From: Chloroflexota bacterium
Lineage (GTDB): Bacteria > Chloroflexota > UBA11872 > UBA12225
Direction: 5' to 3'
DNA length: 37,829 bases
Assembly: GCA_014191415.1 (NCBI GenBank)
Contig: BJHB01000002.1
Coordinates: forward strand, 1-37,829
A program made the position numbers and the translations under genes. The notes beneath the pieces were generated by a model that worked only from the letters and a program-made list of their open reading frames with translations, was not told the DNA's origin and searched no databases. Positions 17,814 to 26,707 of the stretch are shown here, in pieces. The first letter of the stretch is position 1, and every line of letters begins with the position of its first letter.

Positions 17814-18817
17814 TGGATAGCACGGCACTGATCCTGTGCGACAACCTGGTCAAGATCTACAAGGTTGCCGATCTCGAGGTAGTGGCATTGCAGGGGCTTG
17901 ACCTGACCGTCGAGACCGGCGAGCTGATGGCGATCATCGGGAACAGCGGGTCCGGGAAGTCAACGCTGCTGAACATCCTTGGAGGGCTTGACCGTCCATC
18001 GGCGGGGCGGGTTGTCGTGGGCGGGCGTGACCTGCTGAAACTCGATGATGGCGGGATGGTCTCGTACAAGCGCGAGACGGTCGGCTTTGTGTGGCAACAA
18101 TCGAGTCGCAACCTGATCCCGTACCTGTCGGCACTGGAGAACGTGCAAATCCCGATGATCCTGGCCGGTCGGTCCCGCCGGGAACAGAAGGAGTGGTCCA
18201 ACGAACTCCTGGAGGCGGTTGGTCTGGCGGGACGGCGCACACACCGGCTTTCGCAACTCTCGGGTGGCGAACAGCAACGGGTTGCCATTGCGATTGCCTT
18301 GGCGAACAAGCCCCCGCTGTTGCTTGCCGATGAACCGACAGGTGAGGTGGATACCGCGACGGCGACGGTGATCTACAGCATCTTCCGGCGACTTGTTGCG
18401 GAATACAAGACTACGATCGTGATTGTGTCGCACGATCCGGGTATCGCCTCCCGGGTCGACCGCGTGGTCCGGATCCGTGATGGGCGAACGAGTACCGAAA
18501 CGGTCCGCCGTACGGTAGAGACTGCCGAGGGTGATGGATCCGCCGAGGAGAAGTCGGCTCCGGGTTCATCGGGCACGCACGAGGAGTTCACGGTGATGGA
18601 CGCCGCCGGTCGCCTGCAGTTGCCACGCGAGATGGTGGAACAACTGGGGCTTGGCCGACGCGTGCGGGTGGAGATGGAAGACGGCCAGATTGTCGTGCGG
18701 GCGGCGATTGCAGGATCGGTAGCCGAACGCGGCACGGTGGAGGCGGTGGGGGTGGCGAGTGGTGAGGCGCCGAAGGATGTGGTTGGAGGCAAGCGTCGTT
18801 GGTGGCAACGCCGGTGA
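17813..18817 (+). CDS. ABC transporter ATP-binding protein (MacB/LolD-type NBD) with C-terminal AbrB/SpoVT-like domain
   Basis: Walker A GNSGSGKST, signature LSGGEQQR, Walker B LLLADEPT and H-loop VSHD. C-terminal GRLQLPREMVEQLGLGRRVRVEMEDGQIVVR. Start is ATG 17813 (or GTG 17810). Confidence 0.92.
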   Translation: MDSTALILCDNLVKIYKVADLEVVALQGLDLTVETGELMAIIGNSGSGKSTLLNILGGLDRPSAGRVVVGGRDLLKLDDGGMVSYKRETVGFVWQQSSRNLIPYLSALENVQIPMILAGRSRREQKEWSNELLEAVGLAGRRTHRLSQLSGGEQQRVAIAIALANKPPLLLADEPTGEVDTATATVIYSIFRRLVAEYKTTIVIVSHDPGIASRVDRVVRIRDGRTSTETVRRTVETAEGDGSAEEKSAPGSSGTHEEFTVMDAAGRLQLPREMVEQLGLGRRVRVEMEDGQIVVRAAIAGSVAERGTVEAVGVASGEAPKDVVGGKRRWWQRR

Positions 18818-19013
18818 CGGAGACCGTAAGGCCGACGGGGCGGGCAAGGATGCCCGCGGACCGCAAGACTGGACTGCGGGTGGGGTTACCCGCGGACCAT
18901 TTGGGTGAACGGGGTACGGTGGGGATGTCTAGTGGAGAGGCATTGACGGATATGCCTGGAGGCAATCGGCGATCATGGCAACGGCGATGACGGAGAAACC
19001 GAAGGCCGCGCCC
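18722..19013 (+). repeat. degenerate tandem duplication (~175-182 nt period) of the ATPase1-3'end / ATPase2-5'end junction
   Basis: 18785-18838 GGAGGCAAGCGTCGTTGGTGGCAACGCCGGTGACGGAGACCGTAAGGCCG versus 18958-19010 GGAGGCAATCGGCGATCATGGCAACGGCGATGACGGAGAAACCGAAGGCCG. Peptide level: ERGTVEAVGVASGEAPKDVVGGKRRWWQRR* versus ERGTVGMSSGEALTDMPGGNRRSWQRR*, and VATPVTETVRP versus MATAMTEKPKA. Confidence 0.8.
18802..18990 (+). other. chimeric small ORF created by the junction duplication (ATPase2-like N-terminus fused to ATPase1-like C-terminus); possibly a pseudogene remnant
   Basis: ORF track 18799..18990 (63 aa). GTG 18802 is the counterpart of ATG 18975. The ORF ends at TGA 18988-90, 16 nt into the ATPase 2 gene. 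Confidence 0.25.
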
Positions 19014-19856
19014 GGGGCTGCCATTGCGGTCTGCGAGGGTGTGAGCCGGGTTTACCGGGTTGGTGGTGAGGATGTCTACGCCGTCCGTGAGGTGTCGTGC
19101 GAGATTCGCGCGGGGCAACTGGTGGCGCTGCGTGGCCGGTCCGGGTCTGGCAAGACGACGCTGCTGAACATCCTGAGTGGGTTGGACCGTCCCACCCAAG
19201 GGCGCACGCTGATCCGCGGGGAGGACACGCGCAAGTTGTCTGACCGGCAGTTGACGGAACTGCGCCGGCACGACATCGGGTTCATCTTCCAGGCGTTCGC
19301 CCTGCTGCCCGTATTGTCGGCGTACGAGAACGTCGAACTGCCCCTGCGAATCGCCGGTACAGGTGCGCGCCAACGCCAGAGGCGGGCGACGGAACTCCTG
19401 GAACTGGTGGGGCTGGCCAAGCGGATGCACCATCGCCCGTTCGAACTCTCCGGTGGCGAACAGTCACGCGTGGCAATCGCGCGGGCTTTGGCGAACGAAC
19501 CTGCTTTGATCGTCGCAGATGAACCGACGGGTGCCCTTGACAGTGTCACCGGCCTGGAGATCATGAGCCTCTTCAAGCGGGTCGTCGAGGAACGTGGTGT
19601 GACGATCATCATGGCGACGCACGATCCGACAATCTCCGACCTTGCGAACGAGACCCTGATCATGAGTGATGGCCGGATGTCGCATGACATCCCCGACGAA
19701 CTCAAGGGCGTCGGCATCCTGGATGCCGCTGCGATGCCGGGCACCCTGCATGGCGAGATTGGCATGGTGGCGCGACGGGTCGGCCTGAAGGTCCATGACG
19801 AGGCGGCGACTGAGCGAACCGTTCCGAAAGGTACGTCTGCGCCACCACGCCCCTGA
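18975..19856 (+). CDS. ABC transporter ATP-binding protein (second, non-identical MacB/LolD-type NBD)
   Basis: Walker A GRSGSGKTT, signature LSGGEQSR, Walker B LIVADEPT and H-loop ATHD. GGAGG lies 12 nt upstream of ATG 18975. Confidence 0.92.
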   Translation: MATAMTEKPKAAPGAAIAVCEGVSRVYRVGGEDVYAVREVSCEIRAGQLVALRGRSGSGKTTLLNILSGLDRPTQGRTLIRGEDTRKLSDRQLTELRRHDIGFIFQAFALLPVLSAYENVELPLRIAGTGARQRQRRATELLELVGLAKRMHHRPFELSGGEQSRVAIARALANEPALIVADEPTGALDSVTGLEIMSLFKRVVEERGVTIIMATHDPTISDLANETLIMSDGRMSHDIPDELKGVGILDAAAMPGTLHGEIGMVARRVGLKVHDEAATERTVPKGTSAPPRP

Positions 19857-19879
19857 TTTCGCACCGCCTCACCGATCTG

Positions 19880-20638
19880 GTGGCAAGTGAGTACACTGAA
19901 ACCATGATGATTGAAGAACAGGTACCCAACCAACTCGGCTATGCCGACACGCCCATCATCCCTGAACTCGGGTTCCGCGTCCACGACCGGACCCGCCCGC
20001 AACCGCCGGTTGTGACGCCGGGACGCCACCCCGGCAACGCGCCGTCAGACGCACACATCCTGTTCGACGGTCACTCTCTGGCGGGGTGGACGAGCGTGCG
20101 GTCCGGTGGGCCGGCCGAGTGGCACATCGTTGATGGTGCCATGGAGGTCGCTCCGAAGACCGGCGACATCCAGTCGACCCATGTGTTTGGAGATTGCCAG
20201 TTGCACGTCGAGTTCCGTTCCCCGGACGTGGTGAAGGGCCACGGGCAAGGGCGCGGAAACTCGGGTGTCTTCATGATGGGCATCTACGAGATCCAGGTCC
20301 TTGACTGTTACGACAACCCGACCTATCCCGATGGCACGACGGGCGCCCTCTACGGGCAGTACCCGCCACTGGCAAACGTATGCCACATCCCCGGTGAATG
20401 GTCGGGCTACGACATCATCTGGAAGGCCCCTCGCTTCGATGGAGAGAAGGTGGTCAGTCCGGCGATCGTGACCGTGATGCTGAACGGTGTGGTGATCCAG
20501 AATCACCAGGCATTGCTTGGGACCACGAACCACAAGATCCTGCCCGCCTACAAGGCGCATCCGGCGAAGGGCCCACTGCGCCTTCAGGACCACGGCGACC
20601 TGGTCCGCTTCCGCAACATCTGGGTGCGCGAGTTCTAG
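19880..20638 (+). CDS. DUF1080 (3-keto-disaccharide hydrolase-like) domain protein
   Basis: LFDGHSLAGW, WHIVDGAMEV, GNSGVFMMGIYEIQVLD and LRLQDHGDLVRFRNIWVRE are the DUF1080 hallmarks. Start is GTG 19880 or ATG 19904/19907. Confidence 0.85.
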   Translation: MASEYTETMMIEEQVPNQLGYADTPIIPELGFRVHDRTRPQPPVVTPGRHPGNAPSDAHILFDGHSLAGWTSVRSGGPAEWHIVDGAMEVAPKTGDIQSTHVFGDCQLHVEFRSPDVVKGHGQGRGNSGVFMMGIYEIQVLDCYDNPTYPDGTTGALYGQYPPLANVCHIPGEWSGYDIIWKAPRFDGEKVVSPAIVTVMLNGVVIQNHQALLGTTNHKILPAYKAHPAKGPLRLQDHGDLVRFRNIWVREF

Positions 20639-20699
20639 ACCGCCGATTAGGTCTTGGGTGATTACACGGCTCCCTTTCCTTGCGGGATGGGGGCCGTTC

Positions 20700-21908
20700 T
20701 CATGCGTCGCGCAGGACGCCCATTGCAACGACCGAGGCAACAATCGCAACCGCTCCGGTGGAGATGAAGATCATCGGCAAGCCGGAGACCTCGCCAACCA
20801 CCCCGCCGATCAGGGGACCAGAGAACATCCCGATGGCGTAGACGGCCTGGTAGACGCCCATGGCAGTGGCGCGTTCGGACTGGGCGACACGGCGGATGGC
20901 GATGCCCATGAGGGTGGTGCCGACAACGCCACGTGCTCCGCCGGCGACGACCTGCACGGCTAGCAGCATAGGCAGCGTTACGCACAGGGGTGTCGTGACC
21001 GCGGTCAGACCAATCATCGCGAGGCCAGTCACCACGACATTGCGTGGGCCGTACCGTCGGTTCAACCACGCAGTGATGGGTTGGGCCAGGGCAAACGGGA
21101 TGAGCGAGACCGCGGTGAGCGTGCCAAGGTCGGCCCGTGTTGCGCCTAACCGTTCGGCGTAGACGGGGGTGAACCCGAATACGGTGCTGAATGTGGCGTA
21201 GTTCTGGACGGCGGAGAGCAGCGACACGCCGATCAGGGCGGGTGCGGTGGCGGTCTTCCACAGGCGATCCAGGGTGACCGGTTGTCCGGTGCGGGCGGCG
21301 CGTACCGGTTCCGGGCAGAAGGCGATGCAGGCGAGGCCGACCATGGCCACGGCGGCACTCACGAGGAATGGCGCGCCATAGCCGTAATGCTGGGCGAGCA
21401 AGCCTCCGGACCACGTGGCGACAACCTGTCCGGTGGCGTTGACGAGGTTGAGCCATCCGATGGCGCGGGTTGACTCCGACGGCGCGAAGTACCCCGCGTA
21501 CATGATGGTGATCCCGACCCACGCGCAGGCGGCAAGACCGGTAATCGCGCGGGCGCCGACGAGCGTCCACGGCGATGGGGCGATGTAGAAGGCGACTGCT
21601 CCGGCGGCACTGGCGACCAGTCCGGCGGCGAAGACTGGACGCCGTCGTCCCCACCAGTCTGAAGCGACTCCCGTCGGGATGCGGAGCAGCAACTGGGTGA
21701 CCCCATAGGCGCTGAGCATTGCGCCGACAACCCCGAGGGGTGCCCCAAGGCTTTCGGCGTAGCTGGGCAGGATGGGAACGTAGAAGTAGAGGGAAAGCCA
21801 GAAAGTGAGGTTTCCCACCTGGAACAGCCAAGGTACCCAGCGGGCGACGGGTACAGATTCGGGTGTGCTGGGGACTGACTTGGTGGTGGCGTCGATGGAA
21901 ATAGTCAT
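20700..21908 (-). CDS. MFS transporter
   Basis: 402-aa ORF with about 12 hydrophobic segments and motif A-like SDWWGRRRPV. Confidence 0.88.
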   Translation of the reverse strand: MTISIDATTKSVPSTPESVPVARWVPWLFQVGNLTFWLSLYFYVPILPSYAESLGAPLGVVGAMLSAYGVTQLLLRIPTGVASDWWGRRRPVFAAGLVASAAGAVAFYIAPSPWTLVGARAITGLAACAWVGITIMYAGYFAPSESTRAIGWLNLVNATGQVVATWSGGLLAQHYGYGAPFLVSAAVAMVGLACIAFCPEPVRAARTGQPVTLDRLWKTATAPALIGVSLLSAVQNYATFSTVFGFTPVYAERLGATRADLGTLTAVSLIPFALAQPITAWLNRRYGPRNVVVTGLAMIGLTAVTTPLCVTLPMLLAVQVVAGGARGVVGTTLMGIAIRRVAQSERATAMGVYQAVYAIGMFSGPLIGGVVGEVSGLPMIFISTGAVAIVASVVAMGVLRDA

Positions 21909-22001
21909 TCGAGGTCAGTGAAGGATGGTACTCCTGCGGGGGCACCGGACTTCGGCGCTGCCCTTACTGATTCGGGACGAGGGTTTGGCGGGCATGGCTG
22001 C

Positions 22002-22036
22002 CCGTGGACCGCAACGTGAAGGCCGTGGACCACAAC
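22002..22036 (-). promoter_or_regulatory. 14-nt direct repeat pair spaced 21 nt, upstream of the MFS gene
   Basis: CCGTGGACCGCAAC (22002-15) and CCGTGGACCACAAC (22023-36) on the plus strand, 95-130 nt upstream of the minus-strand start at 21908. Confidence 0.3.
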
Positions 22037-22066
22037 CCGAAGCCCGCGGACGGGAACATGACGCCT

Positions 22067-22930
22067 TTACCTGCGAGGCACCGCATTGGCGTTGACCCAG
22101 GCCGTGACGTTGGCCTCATGGAGGTCGGTGTCCGATTCGTCCAGATAGTAGAAGGGTTCGGCGCAGGCCATGCCATGGCGCGCACCCAGTCCGATGCCGG
22201 GCGCAAGCATGAACCGGCGGATGTAGGCACGGTCGGCGGTGTCGTCATCGTCACCGAGTTCTGGAATGACCAACCCACGATCGGCGAGGGTTGCACGCAA
22301 GCGCCGTCCGGTTGACCCGGCGGTCCCCTGGACTTGGTGCACGGCGAGCGACTCGACCTTTGTGTCCACGTAGCCGGAGACATCAACGATGCGGTTGGTG
22401 GGTTGTCCGGCGCGGGCGACCCAGTACATCCGACCGCGAATGATGTGCGGTGCCAATCCTGCAGACAGGTGTTCCGGGTAGTCCTTGTCCAGTCCGGCCA
22501 TCCACCTGGCGGCTTCTACCGCCTGGCCGGTGACCCAGTGGTCGGGGTTCTGTTCCGCGGGTTGGGCGGGATTGAAGGTCATGACGATGTCGGGTCGAAG
22601 AAGGCGGAACAGGAAGACAAGTCGTGACCGGAGTTCGGCGACCGAGACGGCGTCCAGGAAGTGGTTCTGGTACCCAAAGTTGAAGACGCGCCGGATGCCG
22701 AGAATGCGGGCGAGTTCTTCAGTTTCGTGCTCGTTTGCGAGGATCGTCTCGCCGACACTCGGTGTGGGACCGCACTTGTCATCGTTGGTGGTCTGGATCA
22801 GGTAGGCGGTATAGCCGGACTCCCTCACCAGGCGGGCGATGGTCCCGGATCCGAAGAATGACAGATCGTCTGAATGTGCCTGCACGACGACGATGACGGG
22901 CCCGGTCGGGGCAGTGATCGGTTCGGGCAT
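22067..22930 (-). CDS. PIG-L/LmbE-family N-acetylglucosaminyl deacetylase
   Basis: VVVQAHSDDLSFFGSGTIA (AHxDD motif) and NPDHW. ORF track runs to 23128; ATG 22930 (MPEPITAP) sits a family-typical distance before the AHxDD motif. Start is uncertain. Confidence 0.8.
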   Translation of the reverse strand: MPEPITAPTGPVIVVVQAHSDDLSFFGSGTIARLVRESGYTAYLIQTTNDDKCGPTPSVGETILANEHETEELARILGIRRVFNFGYQNHFLDAVSVAELRSRLVFLFRLLRPDIVMTFNPAQPAEQNPDHWVTGQAVEAARWMAGLDKDYPEHLSAGLAPHIIRGRMYWVARAGQPTNRIVDVSGYVDTKVESLAVHQVQGTAGSTGRRLRATLADRGLVIPELGDDDDTADRAYIRRFMLAPGIGLGARHGMACAEPFYYLDESDTDLHEANVTAWVNANAVPRR

Positions 22931-23228
22931 CGTGATCGGTTGGCGCTCGGTCGGTGCGGTGTATTGATGTGCCGGCGCGGGCCATGCAGGAAGATTGCCA
23001 ATAGGGGTGCCGTGCCGGTCGACATGGACGTGAAGTGGGCTGGATGCCTCGCCGGCTGTCCCGGCAGGTTCGTGTTTCCAGATGGTCACCGGGGATCCTC
23101 CTGTGCGGGGCGAGGCAGTCGACGCCAAATCTGGGCTGCATCGTACTACTGAGTGTCATCACGGTGACCTGCACGTGGTAGGTTGGATTCACAATGGTCC
23201 GCACCGGACTTGGTGCCTGAAGGGACGA

Positions 23229-24023
23229 ATGATGGCAGGATCGCACGTGATTGACTACCGGATCGTCGGGGACGACATGCAGTTGGTCGAGATCACCCTT
23301 GATCCCGGCGAGACGGTCATCGCCGAGGCGGGTTCGATGATGTACATGGACGGGGATATCTCGTTCGAGTCGAAGATGGGTGACGGAAGCAATCCCGGTG
23401 GTGGCTTCATGGGCATGCTGATGGGTGCGGGAAAGCGCGTGCTTACCGGCGAGTCGCTGTTCATGACGCACTTCACGAACTCTGGGCGTACGCGTCAGAG
23501 GCTGGCCTTTGCGGCGCCATACCCGGGGAAGATCATTCCACTCGACCTGCGCGCACTTGGTGGGGAGATGATTTGCCAGAAGGACGCATTCCTGTGTTCA
23601 GCTTTCGGCACGGAGATCGGGGTGGCGTTTGCGCGGAAACTCGGTGTCGGGTTCTTCGGGGGCGAGGGGTTCGTCCTGCAACGCTTGCGGGGTGACGGAC
23701 TGGCATTCGTTCACGCGGGTGGCACGCTTGTCAAGCACGAACTGCATGGCGAGACGCTCCGCCTTGACACGGGATGCCTCGTGGCGATGACACCGGGCAT
23801 CGACTACGACATCGAGCGGGCGGGCAACCTGAAGTCGATGATCTTCGGTGGCGAGGGCCTCTTCCTTGCGACAGTGCGGGGACACGGAACGGTGTGGGTG
23901 CAAAGCCTGCCGTTCTCTAGGCTTGCCGAACGGGTCCTGGCGGCGGCGCCAAGCGGTGGCGGGCGGTCACGGGACGAGGGATCGGTCCTGGGGGGCCTTG
24001 GGCGGATGTTCGAGGACAGGTGA
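23229..24023 (+). CDS. AIM24 / TIGR00266 (DUF124) family protein
   Basis: ORF 23082..24023. Conserved N-terminus [40 protein letters not shown] starts at ATG 23229, with GAAGGGA 5 nt upstream. Confidence 0.82.
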   Translation: MMAGSHVIDYRIVGDDMQLVEITLDPGETVIAEAGSMMYMDGDISFESKMGDGSNPGGGFMGMLMGAGKRVLTGESLFMTHFTNSGRTRQRLAFAAPYPGKIIPLDLRALGGEMICQKDAFLCSAFGTEIGVAFARKLGVGFFGGEGFVLQRLRGDGLAFVHAGGTLVKHELHGETLRLDTGCLVAMTPGIDYDIERAGNLKSMIFGGEGLFLATVRGHGTVWVQSLPFSRLAERVLAAAPSGGGRSRDEGSVLGGLGRMFEDR

Positions 24024-24121
24024 CCGTGGCCGGGTAGGCGTGGGTTGCCAGACTGCACGGGTTCTCGGTTTTGCCTGTCTCAGACACTACGCTTGTACGG
24101 TAGGTTTGCGGTTCGGAGTAT

Positions 24122-24150
24122 TTGACGCGTCTTCGTAACTGAAGTAGATT
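24122..24150 (+). promoter_or_regulatory. sigma-70-like promoter for the second ABC cassette
   Basis: TTGACG (24122-27), 17-nt spacer, TAGATT (24145-50), about 95 nt upstream of ATG 24247. Confidence 0.5.
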
Positions 24151-24246
24151 GCCCTCCCGTCGGTTGCTTGGAATGAGAAGCGCTGGTGCGTTTCCTAAGC
24201 CGTCGTTTGACACCGTCGGGGGACGGTGAGGAGAGGGTACGCGAGA

Positions 24247-25653
24247 ATGGAACGTCGACGACTACTGCAGCAGAGTGGGGCGGTCTCTATCGGTGCGTTG
24301 CTTGCGGCGTGCGGTGAGGCAGCACCACAGGCGCCGGCGGTGGGTAAGCCTGCCGACCCAACCAAGGCACCCGCAGCCGCGGCGCCTACGGCTGCGTCCG
24401 CGGCGGCACCAACCACCGCTGCTGCCGCACCTGCTGCTGCAAACAACAAGATCATCACCATGGTCGACAAGACGTGGGCCGATCTTGGGATGCTAGACGC
24501 TACCGTTCGCTTCAATCAGGAGCGTGCCGATCTCGGGAATGTCACGCTAGAAGAGACCGCGCAGGGGTGGGACACCAAGGTTCTCGCGCAGATCAAAGAG
24601 AAGAACCTCCGTTGGAGTGGGCACGGGTACGCGGCATTCTTCGACTCATTCAAGTACATCAAGGCGGGCCTGGTGGCGCCACTGGATGACTACCTAAAGA
24701 CCAGCAAGGTTGCATGGGGTGGCAAGCAGAAGGAGTCGTACTTCACGTCACGGATCTACGACGCCCTTCAGTTCCAGGGCAAGCAGTACTTCATTCCCAT
24801 GAAGGCGAATGTGCATCTGGTTGGCTATCGCGAGGACTATCTCCAGATGGCTGGCTATGACAAGTTCCCTGCGACCTGGGACGAGGTCGACAAGATGATG
24901 CGCAAGATGAAGCCTCTCCTCGCCAAGGATGAGGTCATCCCGATGGGCATTTCGCGTGACATGTTCCGAACACTCGGCACGATGTTCACGACGTTCATCG
25001 AGAAACCTTTTGATGATCAGGGTGTCCTGAAATTCGAGAGCCAGGAGTGGTTCATGCTCCTCGAGATGCTCAAGAAGTGGAAGGATGACGGTTTGGCGCG
25101 CCTCGACCCGCATGCCGACTCGATGGATGTTTGGCAGAAGGGCAAGTTCGCGTTCTCGCTCGGATCGCACTCACTGGTGCGCATTGGTCGTCAGGTCTGG
25201 GGAACCGCAAAGATCAAGGGCGCCAATCCGGCACAGGCCAACGCCAGTGCCCCCCCACGGACATGGGTGCACATCGACTCGGGATTCGTCTTTCCGGGTG
25301 CACCGAATCCGCAGTTGGCAACCGACTGGCTGTTGTCAATCCTCGGGCCGGATGGAACCATCGCCGAGCGTTGGTGGAGAGGCGTCACGACGTTTTCGGG
25401 GCAACCGGTCCATCAAAACTGGATTGACAAGGTTCTCAAGGACAATAAGGATCTGTCCGAGGTTTACGAAGTGCTGAAACTGGTGCCGAATAGCCAAATA
25501 ATCTCGCTACCAGTGGCCGGTGCCTACGCCATAACTGAGGCCAAGATGTGGCCTCACCTCGATCGGTTCTTCAAGGGCGATATTGGCATCAAGGAAGCGA
25601 TGGGCGCGGCTCGCAAAGAGGTTGACGAAGAGGTCGCGAAGCAACTCAAGTAG
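24247..25653 (+). CDS. ABC transporter extracellular solute-binding lipoprotein (family 1)
   Basis: ORF 24226..25653; start ATG 24247 (MERRRLLQQ, Tat-like) with lipobox LLAAC and an Ala/Pro-rich tether. GAGGAGAGGG lies upstream. Confidence 0.85.
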   Translation: MERRRLLQQSGAVSIGALLAACGEAAPQAPAVGKPADPTKAPAAAAPTAASAAAPTTAAAAPAAANNKIITMVDKTWADLGMLDATVRFNQERADLGNVTLEETAQGWDTKVLAQIKEKNLRWSGHGYAAFFDSFKYIKAGLVAPLDDYLKTSKVAWGGKQKESYFTSRIYDALQFQGKQYFIPMKANVHLVGYREDYLQMAGYDKFPATWDEVDKMMRKMKPLLAKDEVIPMGISRDMFRTLGTMFTTFIEKPFDDQGVLKFESQEWFMLLEMLKKWKDDGLARLDPHADSMDVWQKGKFAFSLGSHSLVRIGRQVWGTAKIKGANPAQANASAPPRTWVHIDSGFVFPGAPNPQLATDWLLSILGPDGTIAERWWRGVTTFSGQPVHQNWIDKVLKDNKDLSEVYEVLKLVPNSQIISLPVAGAYAITEAKMWPHLDRFFKGDIGIKEAMGAARKEVDEEVAKQLK

Positions 25654-25675
25654 CCCTTGCCTGGCGCCAATCGGT

Positions 25676-25711
25676 GAGCATGACGGACCACGCGCATGAT
25701 CAGTCATGCTC
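25676..25711 (+). promoter_or_regulatory. intercistronic stem-loop between SBP and permease genes
   Basis: GAGCATGAC (25676-84), 18-nt loop, GTCATGCTC (25703-11); a perfect 9-bp stem. Confidence 0.45.
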
Positions 25712-25744
25712 GCCGACTACCTGACCCATCGAGGGAGTGAGTTG

Positions 25745-26707
25745 ATGGCGACGTCTCCGTCTGGAGCGGCGGCCACGGCGTCGGCGTGGTGGCAGGCAGT
25801 GCGCTCCCTGCGCCGTGAGGCGTGGGGTGAAAGTATTGCCGGCTTCTTGTTCGTCGGTCCGGCGGTCGTACTCTTCCTGATTTTCAATGCCTACCCGATC
25901 ATCCGGGGATTGGTAATCGCATTTTCTGATTACCGCTATCTGGTTCCGGATTATGCCCCGTTCAACGGTTTCGATAATTGGCTTGCAATGGCGAATGATC
26001 GAGTCTTCTGGGAATCATTTGGGCGCTCACTGCAGTACACAGCAATTTACTTCGCGCTGAATTTCATAATGGCATTCTTTGTTGCGGTGCTGATAAGCCA
26101 AGTGCACGGCCCTCGCGAGGCGGGCGTGTACCGGGTCATCTCCTACCTACCGGTGATCTTGCCTGCGTCGGTCGCTTTGCTGGTATGGCGCCAGTTCCTC
26201 AGTCCGGAATTCGGGTACATCGCAGTGCTTTTGAAGGGACTATTCGGTCCGGCGGTATCCGCGTGGCTTAGGGATGCACGTGCCGTCGTGCCGATTCTGG
26301 CAACAATTGCGGCGTGGAAGGCGATGGGGAGCAATGTATTACTTCTGCTTGTGGGTCTTTACAGCATCAATGGTGAACTCTATGAAGCCGCATCGATTGA
26401 CGGTGCAGGTTGGTGGAAGCGCCTGACTGCCATCACCATTCCCCTTCTGCTACCAACGTTCACGGTGATTTTCGTGCTGGCTGCCGGTGTACTCGGCGAG
26501 GCTGAGGCATCGCTCATCTATTACGGGGTGACAGATGCCGGACCGGAGGGTGCAGGTCGATTGATCGGCCGCTACGCCTATGAAATTGCATTCCTCCAAG
26601 GCGACCTCCGGTGGGGATACGCAGCGGCGATGAACCTGACCGTTGGCCTGACATCCATGGGAATCTCGGGCTTGGTGTTCCGCCTACTGCGGTCGGGGAG
26701 GGTGTGA
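25745..26707 (+). CDS. carbohydrate (CUT1) ABC transporter permease, MalF-like
   Basis: ORF 25706..26707; ATG 25745 is preceded by GAGGGAG. EAA loop EAASIDGAGWWKRLTAITIP. Confidence 0.88.
   Translation: MATSPSGAAATASAWWQAVRSLRREAWGESIAGFLFVGPAVVLFLIFNAYPIIRGLVIAFSDYRYLVPDYAPFNGFDNWLAMANDRVFWESFGRSLQYTAIYFALNFIMAFFVAVLISQVHGPREAGVYRVISYLPVILPASVALLVWRQFLSPEFGYIAVLLKGLFGPAVSAWLRDARAVVPILATIAAWKAMGSNVLLLLVGLYSINGELYEAASIDGAGWWKRLTAITIPLLLPTFTVIFVLAAGVLGEAEASLIYYGVTDAGPEGAGRLIGRYAYEIAFLQGDLRWGYAAAMNLTVGLTSMGISGLVFRLLRSGRV

Noticed and set aside
20662-21945. 427-aa minus-strand ORF in an alternative frame of the MFS gene
   Set aside because: Arg/Pro-rich. The 402-aa frame (20700..21908) gives a clean 12-TM MFS protein.
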